A DNA stretch of 23,643 nucleotides from a virus: the UHGV virus genome UHGV-1377021. One strand, written 5' to 3'. The translations under genes were made by a program, and so were the position numbers. Below the pieces are notes generated by a model that worked only from the letters and a program-made list of their open reading frames with translations, did not search any database and had not been told where the DNA came from. Of this stretch, positions 1 through 6,794 are shown one piece after another. How positions within the stretch are numbered: position 1 is the stretch's first letter; every line of letters starts with the position of its first letter.

Positions 1-153
1 GCCAGCAGGAAGAATACCGCAAGCATATTTTTGGTGAGAGAAAACAGGATGACTGGAGCCTATATGGCTATGGTACCAGGACAAATAAAAACGGATATAG
101 CCTTTACACATATTGAGGAATTCTATGAAACAGACAATTTTCCTCAGGAGTAA
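1..153 (+). CDS. 3' end of an upstream gene (partial, product unknown)
   Basis: Frame 1 is open from the first base of the window to a TAA at 151-153 and overlaps the ninB start; no recognisable motif in the 50 visible codons. Confidence 0.3.
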   Translation, partial: ASRKNTASIFLVRENRMTGAYMAMVPGQIKTDIAFTHIEEFYETDNFPQE

Positions 154-535
154 GCAACAACAGCAAGCCGCAATCAACGCCATCCTCGCAACACCACTCG
201 ATAAAGACAAGCCAGTTACCATCCGCATTACTGACTACAAGCGCAACCTTGACCAGAACGCAAAATTTCACGCGATGCTGGCGGATATCGCACGTCAGGT
301 TCAATGGTGCGATAAATGGTTAAAACCAGAACAATGGAAGGTTTTGTTGATAAGCGGTCATGCAGTGGCAACAAAACAGGAAGCTGATGTTTTGCCCGGC
401 CTTGAAGGCGAATACGTCAACATTCGCGAAAGCAGCGCACAGATGAGCGTGAAGCGCATGGCAAGTCTGATCGAGTACACAACAGCCTGGGCTATTGGTC
501 AGGGTGTCAGATTTACCGACAGGAGGTACGAATGA
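125..535 (+). CDS. ninB: NinB/Orf-family recombination mediator
   Basis: Translation [21 protein letters not shown]...[22 protein letters not shown] resembles lambda NinB as I remember it (same length class, conserved LDQN...W core). The track ORF begins at a TTG at 113; the ATG at 125 is the more likely start. Confidence 0.85.
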   Translation: MKQTIFLRSKQQQQAAINAILATPLDKDKPVTIRITDYKRNLDQNAKFHAMLADIARQVQWCDKWLKPEQWKVLLISGHAVATKQEADVLPGLEGEYVNIRESSAQMSVKRMASLIEYTTAWAIGQGVRFTDRRYE

Positions 536-708
536 GACGACAGCGACGAAGTATCACCGACATCATCTGCGAAAACTGCAAATACCTTCCAACGAAACGC
601 TCCAGAAATAAACGCAAACCAATCCCAAAATAATCTGACGTAAAAACCTTCAATTACACGGCTCACCTGTGGGATATCCGGTGGCTAAGACATCGTGCGA
701 GGAAATGA
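532..708 (+). pseudogene. ninE: NinE-like gene interrupted by an in-frame TAA (codon 34)
   Basis: ATG at 532 overlaps the ninB stop (ATGA). It encodes [33 protein letters not shown], then TAA at 631-633, then the same frame continues SDVKTFNYTAHLWDIRWLRHRARK to a TGA at 706-708 that overlaps the next ATG. The N-terminal segment matches my recollection of lambdoid NinE. Confidence 0.5.
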
Positions 709-1070
709 CAATGGATTATTCACAGTTAAGTGATTTTGAAATTAACGTGGCGGTATTCGAAGCCATTCATAACGGATCACCGGATTACAAAGAAGGTGAG
801 AATGGCGCGATGGTGTTTATCTCATTTGAGGGAGACATTGTAAACGGAGACGCAGTTGAAGTAGAAGTTGAGCGCGGATCCTTTAACCCATGCGCAAACC
901 CAGCAGACGCATGGCCGATTATTGAAAAATACAGGATTAGCATTATCAATCTCGATGAAGACGAGTGGGGTGCACGCGGTGTGGCCTACTGTAAATCTAA
1001 GCGAGCTATACATGAAAATCCCCTCCGCGCCGCCATGATTGTCTTTCTCATGATGCAGAGAATCCAATAA
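705..1070 (+). CDS. NinX-like small nin-region protein (hypothetical)
   Basis: 121-codon ORF from the ATG at 705 (MTMDYSQLSDFEINVAVFEAIHNG...), start overlapping the ninE stop; sits where ninX lies in P22-like nin regions. The track ORF starts upstream at 669 without an ATG. Confidence 0.55.
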   Translation: MTMDYSQLSDFEINVAVFEAIHNGSPDYKEGENGAMVFISFEGDIVNGDAVEVEVERGSFNPCANPADAWPIIEKYRISIINLDEDEWGARGVAYCKSKRAIHENPLRAAMIVFLMMQRIQ

Positions 1071-1246
1071 TGCTTAGCCCCTCCCAATCCCTTCAATACC
1101 AGAAAGAAAGCGTCGAGCGGGCTTTAACGTGCGCTAACTGCGGTCAGAAGCTGCATGTGCTGGAAGTTCACGTGTGTGAGCACTGCTGCGCAGAACTGAT
1201 GAGCGATCCGAATAGCTCAATGTACGAGGAAGAAGACGATGAATGA
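1070..1246 (+). CDS. ninF: NinF-like small Cys-rich protein
   Basis: 58-codon ORF MLSPSQSLQYQKESVERALTCANCGQKLHVLEVHVCEHCCAELMSDPNSS... with a CxxC...CxxCC pattern, resembling lambda NinF as remembered; too short to appear in the ORF track. Confidence 0.7.
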   Translation: MLSPSQSLQYQKESVERALTCANCGQKLHVLEVHVCEHCCAELMSDPNSSMYEEEDDE

Positions 1247-1964
1247 GTTAATAAATGGCAATGCCATCAAAATGACAAGCATTGAAATCGCTGAGTTGGT
1301 AGAAAGCCGCCATAGCAATGTAAAAGTATCCATAGATAGATTGGTGAAACGTGGCGTTATCAAGCCTCCTGCATTGCAGCACACTAACATAATCAATGAT
1401 TTAGGTGTTATTACCGGGAAGCGTGATTTCTACGTCTTCGAGGGCGAACAAGGAAAGCGAGACAGCATTATTGTCGTCGCCCAATTGTCGCCGGAATTCA
1501 CCGCTCGTCTTGTTGACCGTTGGCGAGAGCTTGAAGAAACTGCGGTTAATATCCCCAAAACGCTACCAGAAGCGTTGCGCCTTGCTGCTGATCTTGCTGA
1601 GCAGAAAATGCAACTGGAAAACCAGCTCGCAATTGCCGCACCTAAAGTTGAGTTTGCCGATCGCGTTGGCGAGGCCAGCGGAATTTTGATTGGAAACTTT
1701 GCAAAGGTTGTTGGTATTGGTCCAAACAAACTGTTTGCGTGGATGCGCGATCACAAAATCCTTATTGCTTCAGGTTCCCGGCGCAATGTACCAATGCAGG
1801 AATATATGGATCGCGGCTATTTCACAGTGAAAGAAACAGCGGTCAACACAAATCACGGAATACAGATATCGTTCACCACAAAAATCACCGGGCGTGGTCA
1901 ACAGTGGCTGACCAGAAAGCTGCTCGATAACGGAATGCTGAAAGTAACAGGGGAGGCTGCTTAA
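1239..1964 (+). CDS. Phage regulatory protein, Rha-like N-terminus with KilAC/ANT-type C-terminal domain (antirepressor-like)
   Basis: 241 aa; the N-terminus (SIEIAELVESRHSNVKVSIDRL) looks like a Rha-family DNA-binding region and the C-terminal half like a KilA-C/ANT domain. Start could be the ATG at 1239 or 1272. Confidence 0.65.
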   Translation: MNELINGNAIKMTSIEIAELVESRHSNVKVSIDRLVKRGVIKPPALQHTNIINDLGVITGKRDFYVFEGEQGKRDSIIVVAQLSPEFTARLVDRWRELEETAVNIPKTLPEALRLAADLAEQKMQLENQLAIAAPKVEFADRVGEASGILIGNFAKVVGIGPNKLFAWMRDHKILIASGSRRNVPMQEYMDRGYFTVKETAVNTNHGIQISFTTKITGRGQQWLTRKLLDNGMLKVTGEAA

Positions 1965-2254
1965 TGGCTAACCTACGCAAAGAAGCACGCGGCAGAGAAT
2001 GCCAGGTACGTATTTACGGCGTATGCAATGGCAATCCTGAAACTACAGTTCTGGCACATTATCGGATGGCTGGAATTTGCGGAACGGGAATGAAGCCTGA
2101 CGACCTAATCGGCGCATGGGCTTGTAGCGCGTGTCACGATGAAATCGACCGACGCACCCATAATCTCGACAACAAAGACGCCAGACTTTACCACCTCGAA
2201 GGCGTGATCAGGACGCAGGCGATACTACTGAAGGAGGGGAAGATTAAGTCATGA
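1964..2254 (+). CDS. YbcO-like Cys/His-rich protein (DUF1364-type, putative nuclease)
   Basis: 96 aa, RGRECQVRIYGVCNGNPETTVLAHYR...CSACHDEIDRRTH; resembles E. coli DLP12 YbcO as I recall it; start overlaps the preceding stop (TAATG). Confidence 0.7.
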   Translation: MANLRKEARGRECQVRIYGVCNGNPETTVLAHYRMAGICGTGMKPDDLIGAWACSACHDEIDRRTHNLDNKDARLYHLEGVIRTQAILLKEGKIKS

Positions 2255-2613
2255 ATGAATATCAGTTCGTGCTTCCTTACCCGCCGTCGGTGAACACCTA
2301 CTGGCGAAGACGGGGAAGCCAATACTACATCAGCGATAAAGGCCAGAAATACCGAAAAGACGTTCAGCAAATCATCCGCCAACTCAAGTTAGATATTTTC
2401 ACCAAATCACGACTCCGCATCAAAGTCATCGCAGACGTTCCAGACTCCCGCCGCCGCGACCTCGATAACATCCTGAAGGGTTTACTCGACTCCCTTATCC
2501 ACGCCGGATTTGCGGAAGACGACGAGCAATTCGATGACATTCGCGTAATTCGTGGCGTGAAAGTACCAGGCGGACGGCTTGGAATAAAAATCACCGAACT
2601 GGAGAACGTATGA
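2251..2613 (+). CDS. rusA: RusA Holliday-junction resolvase
   Basis: 120 aa with the LPYPPSVNTYWRRRG...DSRRRDLDNILKGLLDSL pattern characteristic of RusA; ATGA overlap with the upstream stop. Confidence 0.85.
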   Translation: MNEYQFVLPYPPSVNTYWRRRGSQYYISDKGQKYRKDVQQIIRQLKLDIFTKSRLRIKVIADVPDSRRRDLDNILKGLLDSLIHAGFAEDDEQFDDIRVIRGVKVPGGRLGIKITELENV

Positions 2614-2798
2614 ACGCCACAATTCAAACGATACCAGAGCTTCTTATCCAGACACGAGGCAATCAGACCGAAGTGGCGAGGATGCTTTCCTGCGCAAGAG
2701 GAACAGTGCTCAAGTACAACCGAGACAGCAAAGGTGAGCGTCACGTAATAGTTAACGGCGTCCTGATGGTCAAACAGGGCAAGAGGGGAAGACGATGA
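2610..2798 (+). CDS. ninH: NinH-like small DNA-binding protein
   Basis: 62 aa, IPELLIQTRGNQTEVARMLSCARGTVLKYNRD...VIVNGVLMV, resembling lambda NinH as remembered; overlapping start/stop with neighbours. Confidence 0.6.
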   Translation: MNATIQTIPELLIQTRGNQTEVARMLSCARGTVLKYNRDSKGERHVIVNGVLMVKQGKRGRR

Positions 2799-3283
2799 GC
2801 ATAAGAGAACTAAACCTCACCAAAGAACAGCACGAGTGGCTGAATGGCTGGCTTGAACTGTGGGGCGCATGGGTTTATTCAGGTCGTCTGGAAAAGCGCA
2901 TGAGCAGCGTAATAGCGAAGTTCATGGAGAGCGTAGAGCCGGGAAGAATTATGACAAGGCCAATGTGTAATGATGATGATGGAATGTTGATTTCTCAGGT
3001 CGTCGATTCCGTCATGTACATTGACAAGAAAGCCTTTGGCATCCTCCTCAGCTACTACGCTCATGGATCTTCCAAGCACGCCATTGCATCTTACTATCAT
3101 CGTGTCGCAAGACCTCGCAAGATGTTATGCCGGGGCGGCGGGCGCATTCAAAAACCATCGCTCGCAACCTGTCGCCGGGAAGTTGACGAAATCCTCAATG
3201 CCTCGTTGTTTATGATTTATCCGGTTCTGGATAGTGCGTTTAAAAACCGGAAACGTGTAGAGAAAATTAAACATGTAGCATAG
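2795..3283 (+). CDS. Q: Late-gene antitermination protein Q (phage 82/21 QuuD type)
   Basis: 162 aa with the WLELWGAWVY...RPMCNDDDGMLISQVV pattern typical of the Q82-type family; last gene before the late promoter and lysis cassette. Confidence 0.75.
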   Translation: MSIRELNLTKEQHEWLNGWLELWGAWVYSGRLEKRMSSVIAKFMESVEPGRIMTRPMCNDDDGMLISQVVDSVMYIDKKAFGILLSYYAHGSSKHAIASYYHRVARPRKMLCRGGGRIQKPSLATCRREVDEILNASLFMIYPVLDSAFKNRKRVEKIKHVA

Positions 3284-3287
3284 AACG

Positions 3288-3325
3288 TGTTGACATCATT
3301 GAGCAAATGAGCAACACTATTCACA
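3288..3325 (+). promoter_or_regulatory. Candidate Q-dependent late promoter (PR'-like) with qut region
   Basis: Exact TTGACA -35 hexamer at 3290-3295 directly after the Q stop; the -10 element is not clean (CACTAT/TATTCA candidates at 19-22 nt spacing). Confidence 0.4.
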
Positions 3326-3331
3326 TAAGCT

Positions 3332-3370
3332 GCCGTTAGTGACTCTTAAGTTGCAACGGTGGCTTTTTTT
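3332..3370 (+). terminator. tR'-like intrinsic terminator just downstream of the late promoter
   Basis: CCGTT(3333-3337)/AACGG(3355-3359) stem with a long loop, followed by GGC and a T7 run (3364-3370). Confidence 0.45.
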
Positions 3371-3448
3371 GTTTGCACAACAGGTAAGAGCATTGAACCC
3401 GCAGACCTCGCGGAATTGGTGAAAGGTGCCGCGCAGTGCTCTTATCGT

Positions 3449-3576
3449 TGTGGTGAAGCTCAATGGCGAGCTAGCAGATAGGCGACAGTGAAAATACTAG
3501 TCATGTAGCTGACCGCCGCGCGTACTGCAATCGGCAGCGCACCGATGGAAGCCGGTTCGATTCCGGCCGCCACAAC
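3449..3576 (+). ncRNA. tRNA-like element (degenerate or interrupted; not a canonical tRNA)
   Basis: Near-consensus T-arm GCCGG-TTCGATT-CCGGC at 3551-3567; 7/7 acceptor pairing between 3449-3455 and 3568-3574; D-arm-like GCTC-AATGGC-GAGC at 3458-3471; anticodon-arm-like stem 3530-3534/3542-3546. But there is about 58 nt extra between D-arm and anticodon arm, no U33, and no CCA. Confidence 0.3.
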
Positions 3577-3585
3577 CCAAACTGA

Positions 3586-3635
3586 GCCGTAGCCACTGGC
3601 TATCCTGAATTCATCAGTGATAGTTACGCTGCGGC
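3586..3635. repeat. 50-nt imperfect palindrome/hairpin centred near a GAATTC site
   Basis: Outer 8-bp stem GCCGTAGC/GCTGCGGC (one G-U), inner 9-bp stem CTATCCTGA/TCAG(T)GATAG with a 1-nt bulge, 5-nt loop ATTCA; no U-tract follows. Confidence 0.5.
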
Positions 3636-3821
3636 CTTCTACACATGACCTTCGTGAAAGCGGTGGCAGGAGGTTGCGCTAACAACCTCATGCCGTTTTG
3701 CCCGTGCATATCGGTCACGAACAAATCTGATTACTAAACACAGTAGCCTGGATTTGTTCTATCAGTAATCGACCTTATTCCTAATTAAATAGAGCAAATC
3801 CCCTCAATGAAGGGGTAGAGC

Positions 3822-4025
3822 ATGTACCGTATGGACAAAATCAGAGAATGGTTCAGTTACAGCTTCGGAGGACTGACTGCGATGGGTGGCATTCTCTCCC
3901 TGAATGACTGGGCTGTCATCATTGGTATTCTTTGTACTGTCGGCACATTTGGCATCAACTGGTACTACAAGCGCAAAGAGCGCGAGGACAGATTGAATGG
4001 CAATGTCACCGGCACTACGAAATAG
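3822..4025 (+). CDS. Holin, small class II/pinholin-like, with a dual-start motif
   Basis: 67 aa beginning M-Y-R-M (two Met separated by a basic residue, as in the lambda S107/S105 dual-start arrangement); two hydrophobic segments, the first Gly-rich ([13 protein letters not shown]), and a charged C-terminus; directly upstream of and overlapping the endolysin. Confidence 0.7.
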   Translation: MYRMDKIREWFSYSFGGLTAMGGILSLNDWAVIIGILCTVGTFGINWYYKRKEREDRLNGNVTGTTK

Positions 4026-4500
4026 CGTAATAGCGGCGATAAGTGGCGGGGCTATTGCTATAGCATCTGTGTTAATCACTGGACCAAGTGGTAACGATGG
4101 CCTGGAAGGTGTCAGCTACATACCATACAAAGATATTGTTGGTGTATGGACTGTATGCCACGGACACACCGGAAAAGACATCATGCTCGGTAAAACGTAT
4201 ACCGAAGCAGAATGCAAAGCCCTCCTGAATAAAGACCTTGCCACTGTCGCCAGACAAATTAACCCGTACATCAAAGTCGATATACCGGAAACAACGCGCG
4301 GCGCTCTTTATTCGTTCGTCTATAACGTGGGCGCAGGCAATTTCAGAACATCGACGCTTCTTCGCAAAATCAACCAGGGCGATATCAAGGGCGCATGTGA
4401 TCAGCTACGGCGCTGGACATACGCTGGCGGTAATCAATGGAAAGGACTGATGACTCGCCGTGAGATTGAGCGTGAAGTCTGTTTGTGGGGGAAGCAATGA
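3997..4500 (+). CDS. SAR endolysin (T4-lysozyme-like muramidase with N-terminal signal-anchor-release domain)
   Basis: 167 aa; N-terminal Gly/Ala-rich weakly hydrophobic stretch ([19 protein letters not shown]) followed by a GLEG...YKDIVG...WTVCHGHTG block carrying the E-D-T catalytic arrangement of phage-21-type lysozymes. Confidence 0.85.
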   Translation: MAMSPALRNSVIAAISGGAIAIASVLITGPSGNDGLEGVSYIPYKDIVGVWTVCHGHTGKDIMLGKTYTEAECKALLNKDLATVARQINPYIKVDIPETTRGALYSFVYNVGAGNFRTSTLLRKINQGDIKGACDQLRRWTYAGGNQWKGLMTRREIEREVCLWGKQ

Positions 4501-4934
4501 GCAGAGTAACCGCGATTATCTCCGCTCTGGTTATCTGCATCATCGTTTGCCTGTCATGGGCTGTTAATCACTACCGTGATAACGCCATCGCCTACAAAGA
4601 GCAGCGCGATAAGGCCGCATCCACAATCGCTGACATGCAGAAGCGTCAGCGTGATGTTGCAGAACTTGACGCCAGATACACAAAGGAGCTTGCTGATGCT
4701 AATGCGACTATCGAAAGTCTCCGTGCTGATGTTTCTGCTGGTCGTAAGCGCCTGCAAGTCTCCGCCACCTGTGCAAAGTCAACGACCGGAGCCAGCGGCA
4801 TGGGCGATGGAGAAAGCCCAAGACTTACAGCAGATGCTGAACTCAATTATTACCGTCTCCGAAGTGGAATCGACAAGATAACCGCGCAGGTTAACTACCT
4901 GCAGGAGTACATCAGGACGCAATGCCTTCGATGA
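4497..4934 (+). CDS. Rz: Rz i-spanin
   Basis: [31 protein letters not shown]... matches lambda Rz from memory: N-terminal TM anchor then coiled-coil-type periplasmic domain. The track ORF starts 4 codons upstream at 4485. Confidence 0.85.
   Translation: MSRVTAIISALVICIIVCLSWAVNHYRDNAIAYKEQRDKAASTIADMQKRQRDVAELDARYTKELADANATIESLRADVSAGRKRLQVSATCAKSTTGASGMGDGESPRLTADAELNYYRLRSGIDKITAQVNYLQEYIRTQCLR
4696..4881 (+). CDS. Rz1: Rz1 o-spanin (lipoprotein) embedded in the +1 frame of Rz
   Basis: [33 protein letters not shown]...: lipoprotein signal with a lipobox Cys and Pro-rich mature region, entirely inside Rz, as in lambda. Confidence 0.75.
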   Translation: MLMRLSKVSVLMFLLVVSACKSPPPVQSQRPEPAAWAMEKAQDLQQMLNSIITVSEVESTR

Positions 4935-5300
4935 TAGCGATAATTTTACTCATCATCCTTCACATCTGGCTCTGTAGACAGGGTGGTGATCACTTCTGGA
5001 GTGAATCCAGATTAAACATCTCATTGCTGATGCTTGATATTGAGCATCTGGCGCGCGGTAAGGGGCTGCGTTGAGATAAGAGCCAGTTCATTACAAAGCC
5101 TATCTACGGGTGGGCTTGATAATGAAACCGGAATTTATTCTGGGCAACCAGTTACGGCAGTACAGCGAAACAACCCAAGCCAGTAAGTGGGGAAATAACA
5201 CTGGCAGCCACTGAAAGATGAACCTCCTGCCTTATGGCAAAAAAGATTCTTTGTGGTGGCGGACTGATGGAAAGACATTCGCTGAATCGATGATGAACAA

Positions 5301-5486
5301 GTGGAAGAGGTTGCTATGGTTTCCGTGAACAAAGATCCGAAGGAAGGCGTTGAATACATCACTGGTGCTGATGGTGTGAAAAGGCCAATGGCTTATTACA
5401 AAGCGGCCGAAGAGAGGGCAAGAATGGAAAATCCCCCTAAATGCGGATCATTTTTCGACATGCTGGACCTTCCATGGAAGTTGTGA
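5301..5486 (+). CDS. Hypothetical small protein
   Basis: 61-codon ORF ending 10 nt before a hairpin plus T-run terminator; no recognisable motif. Confidence 0.3.
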   Translation: MEEVAMVSVNKDPKEGVEYITGADGVKRPMAYYKAAEERARMENPPKCGSFFDMLDLPWKL

Positions 5487-5496
5487 ACAACTAACA

Positions 5497-5518
5497 GGTC
5501 GCTCAGGCGGCCTTTTTT
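5497..5518 (+). terminator. Intrinsic terminator
   Basis: GGTCGC/GCGGCC stem (one G-U) with 4-nt loop TCAG, followed by TTTTTT (5513-5518). Confidence 0.5.
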
Positions 5519-5625
5519 ATTGCCATTACAAAAGCCATTCCCTACAGAGTGGCTTTGATAATGGCTTATACCCTACACGGGATAACTTAACTGATATCCC
5601 TTTTAACGGATAAACGGAGCCAACA

Positions 5626-5868
5626 ATGGCAGAGATTATTCCCATGACTGAAGAACAGAAATTCCAGTTAGAGATTTACAAACTGGTCATGAACCAGAAC
5701 GCAGCCGCAGAAGAAGCATTTCAATTCATTGGCACTGACGAACTGAAGCTTGAGCTATTCAAAATTCACTTCCAGTCAGGTGGCGCTAATTCAGATATCA
5801 CGACCCGCACTATCGAAGCGGTGCGTAAATCGAAGGAAGCGTTAGACCTGTTCACTACCGGAGTGTAA
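5626..5868 (+). CDS. Hypothetical protein (80 aa)
   Basis: ORF with a GGAG-type RBS (ACGGAGCCAACAATG); acidic, predicted helical; no motif recognised. Confidence 0.5.
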   Translation: MAEIIPMTEEQKFQLEIYKLVMNQNAAAEEAFQFIGTDELKLELFKIHFQSGGANSDITTRTIEAVRKSKEALDLFTTGV

Positions 5869-5871
5869 GAG

Positions 5872-6159
5872 ATGACTGAACAAGAAATGCCGAGATACCA
5901 GTGCCACAAAAAAGTTCGCGCCCTGAAGATTGGCTCTATAGAACATAAGCCAAACCCAGATCAGCCTGGTAAGTCTGGCTCTTCTAGTTATGGGGCAATT
6001 ATTCATCCGGATGATAAGAAATACGCAGCATTTGATGTTAGCGCGGAATATATCTGTAAGCACCGACCAATGCCTGGAGGCTATTACGTTGTCTATGAGG
6101 ATGGATATGAATCATATTCTCCTGCTGAGGTATTTGAGTCTGGATATTCAAAATTATAG
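5872..6159 (+). CDS. Hypothetical protein (95 aa)
   Basis: ORF starting 4 nt after the previous stop (GTAAGAGATG); contains a GSSSYG low-complexity stretch and a Tyr-rich C-terminus; no motif recognised. Confidence 0.5.
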   Translation: MTEQEMPRYQCHKKVRALKIGSIEHKPNPDQPGKSGSSSYGAIIHPDDKKYAAFDVSAEYICKHRPMPGGYYVVYEDGYESYSPAEVFESGYSKL

Positions 6160-6168
6160 GAATCCTCT

Positions 6169-6348
6169 ATGACAATCGTCGTTGATCTTGGTAAGGAGAA
6201 GAAATTCCCAATTACTCAAGAGCTATACGAGCGACTTGAAAGCGTCATCCATGATTACGATGGTGAAATCAGTTTATGCGAGGCGATTGGCACACTCGAA
6301 TTGCTGAAGCAGTCACTGATTGAAGGCGCGAAAGAGTCCTCAGCCTGA
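6169..6348 (+). CDS. Hypothetical small protein (59 aa)
   Basis: ATG at 6169 with an AGG RBS, 60 codons to TGA at 6346-6348; below the ORF track's length cutoff. Confidence 0.4.
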   Translation: MTIVVDLGKEKKFPITQELYERLESVIHDYDGEISLCEAIGTLELLKQSLIEGAKESSA

Positions 6349-6365
6349 AATAACAACTAAGTGAG

Positions 6366-6794
6366 ATGAATATGGCGACTGAATCAAAAGCTGGTCGCCC
6401 CTCTGATTATATGCCGGAGGTGGCTGACGATATCTGCTCGTTGCTTTCTTCTGGCGAGAGTTTGCTGAAAGTATGTAAGCGTCCTGGTATGCCGGATAAG
6501 TCCACTGTTTTCCGCTGGTTGGCAAAGCATGAGGATTTTCGCGACAAGTACGCGAAGGCAACTGAGGCACGAGCTGATTCTATTTTCGAAGAGATATTCG
6601 AAATTGCTGACAATGCGATTCCAGATGCTGCTGAAGTGGCAAAGGCAAGACTTCGCGTTGATACACGCAAATGGGCGCTGGCCCGAATGAATCCCCGTAA
6701 GTATGGCGACAAGGTAACTAACGAGCTTGTCGGCAAAGACGGCGGCGCAATTCAGATTGAAACATCACCGATGAGCACTCTATTCGGAAAATGA
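6366..6794 (+). CDS. Terminase small subunit (P22 gp3 / Sf6 gp1 type)
   Basis: 140-142 aa, MATESKAGRPSDYMPEVADDICSLLSSGESLLKVCK...; I recognise this as essentially the Sf6 small terminase sequence. Start may be the ATG at 6366 or 6372. Confidence 0.85.
   Translation: MNMATESKAGRPSDYMPEVADDICSLLSSGESLLKVCKRPGMPDKSTVFRWLAKHEDFRDKYAKATEARADSIFEEIFEIADNAIPDAAEVAKARLRVDTRKWALARMNPRKYGDKVTNELVGKDGGAIQIETSPMSTLFGK

Noticed and set aside
113-124. TTG start for ninB at 113
   Set aside because: The ATG at 125 gives an N-terminus (MKQTIF...) consistent with NinB proteins; the TTG extension adds only 4 residues and overlaps the upstream gene.
669-704. Upstream extension of the NinX-like ORF to 669
   Set aside because: No ATG at 669, and the region is occupied by the second segment of the ninE frame; the ATG at 705 overlapping the ninE stop fits the coupling pattern of the region.
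1405-1930. Alternative-frame and antisense ORFs overlapping the Rha/KilAC gene (1405-1689, 1430-1729, 1563-1754, 1739-1930)
   Set aside because: All lie within a gene with recognisable domain features in another frame; their compositions (Ser/Arg/Leu-rich) look like frame artefacts.
3380-3640. A canonical tRNA gene
   Set aside because: I could not assemble a standard 73-90 nt cloverleaf: the T-arm and acceptor pairing are good but the spacing is wrong and the anticodon loop is non-canonical, so it is reported only as tRNA-like.
5135-5362. Minus-strand 75-aa ORF after Rz (candidate bor-like moron)
   Set aside because: No lipoprotein signal or resemblance to Bor, Ser/Thr/Cys-rich low-complexity translation, no RBS; likely spurious.
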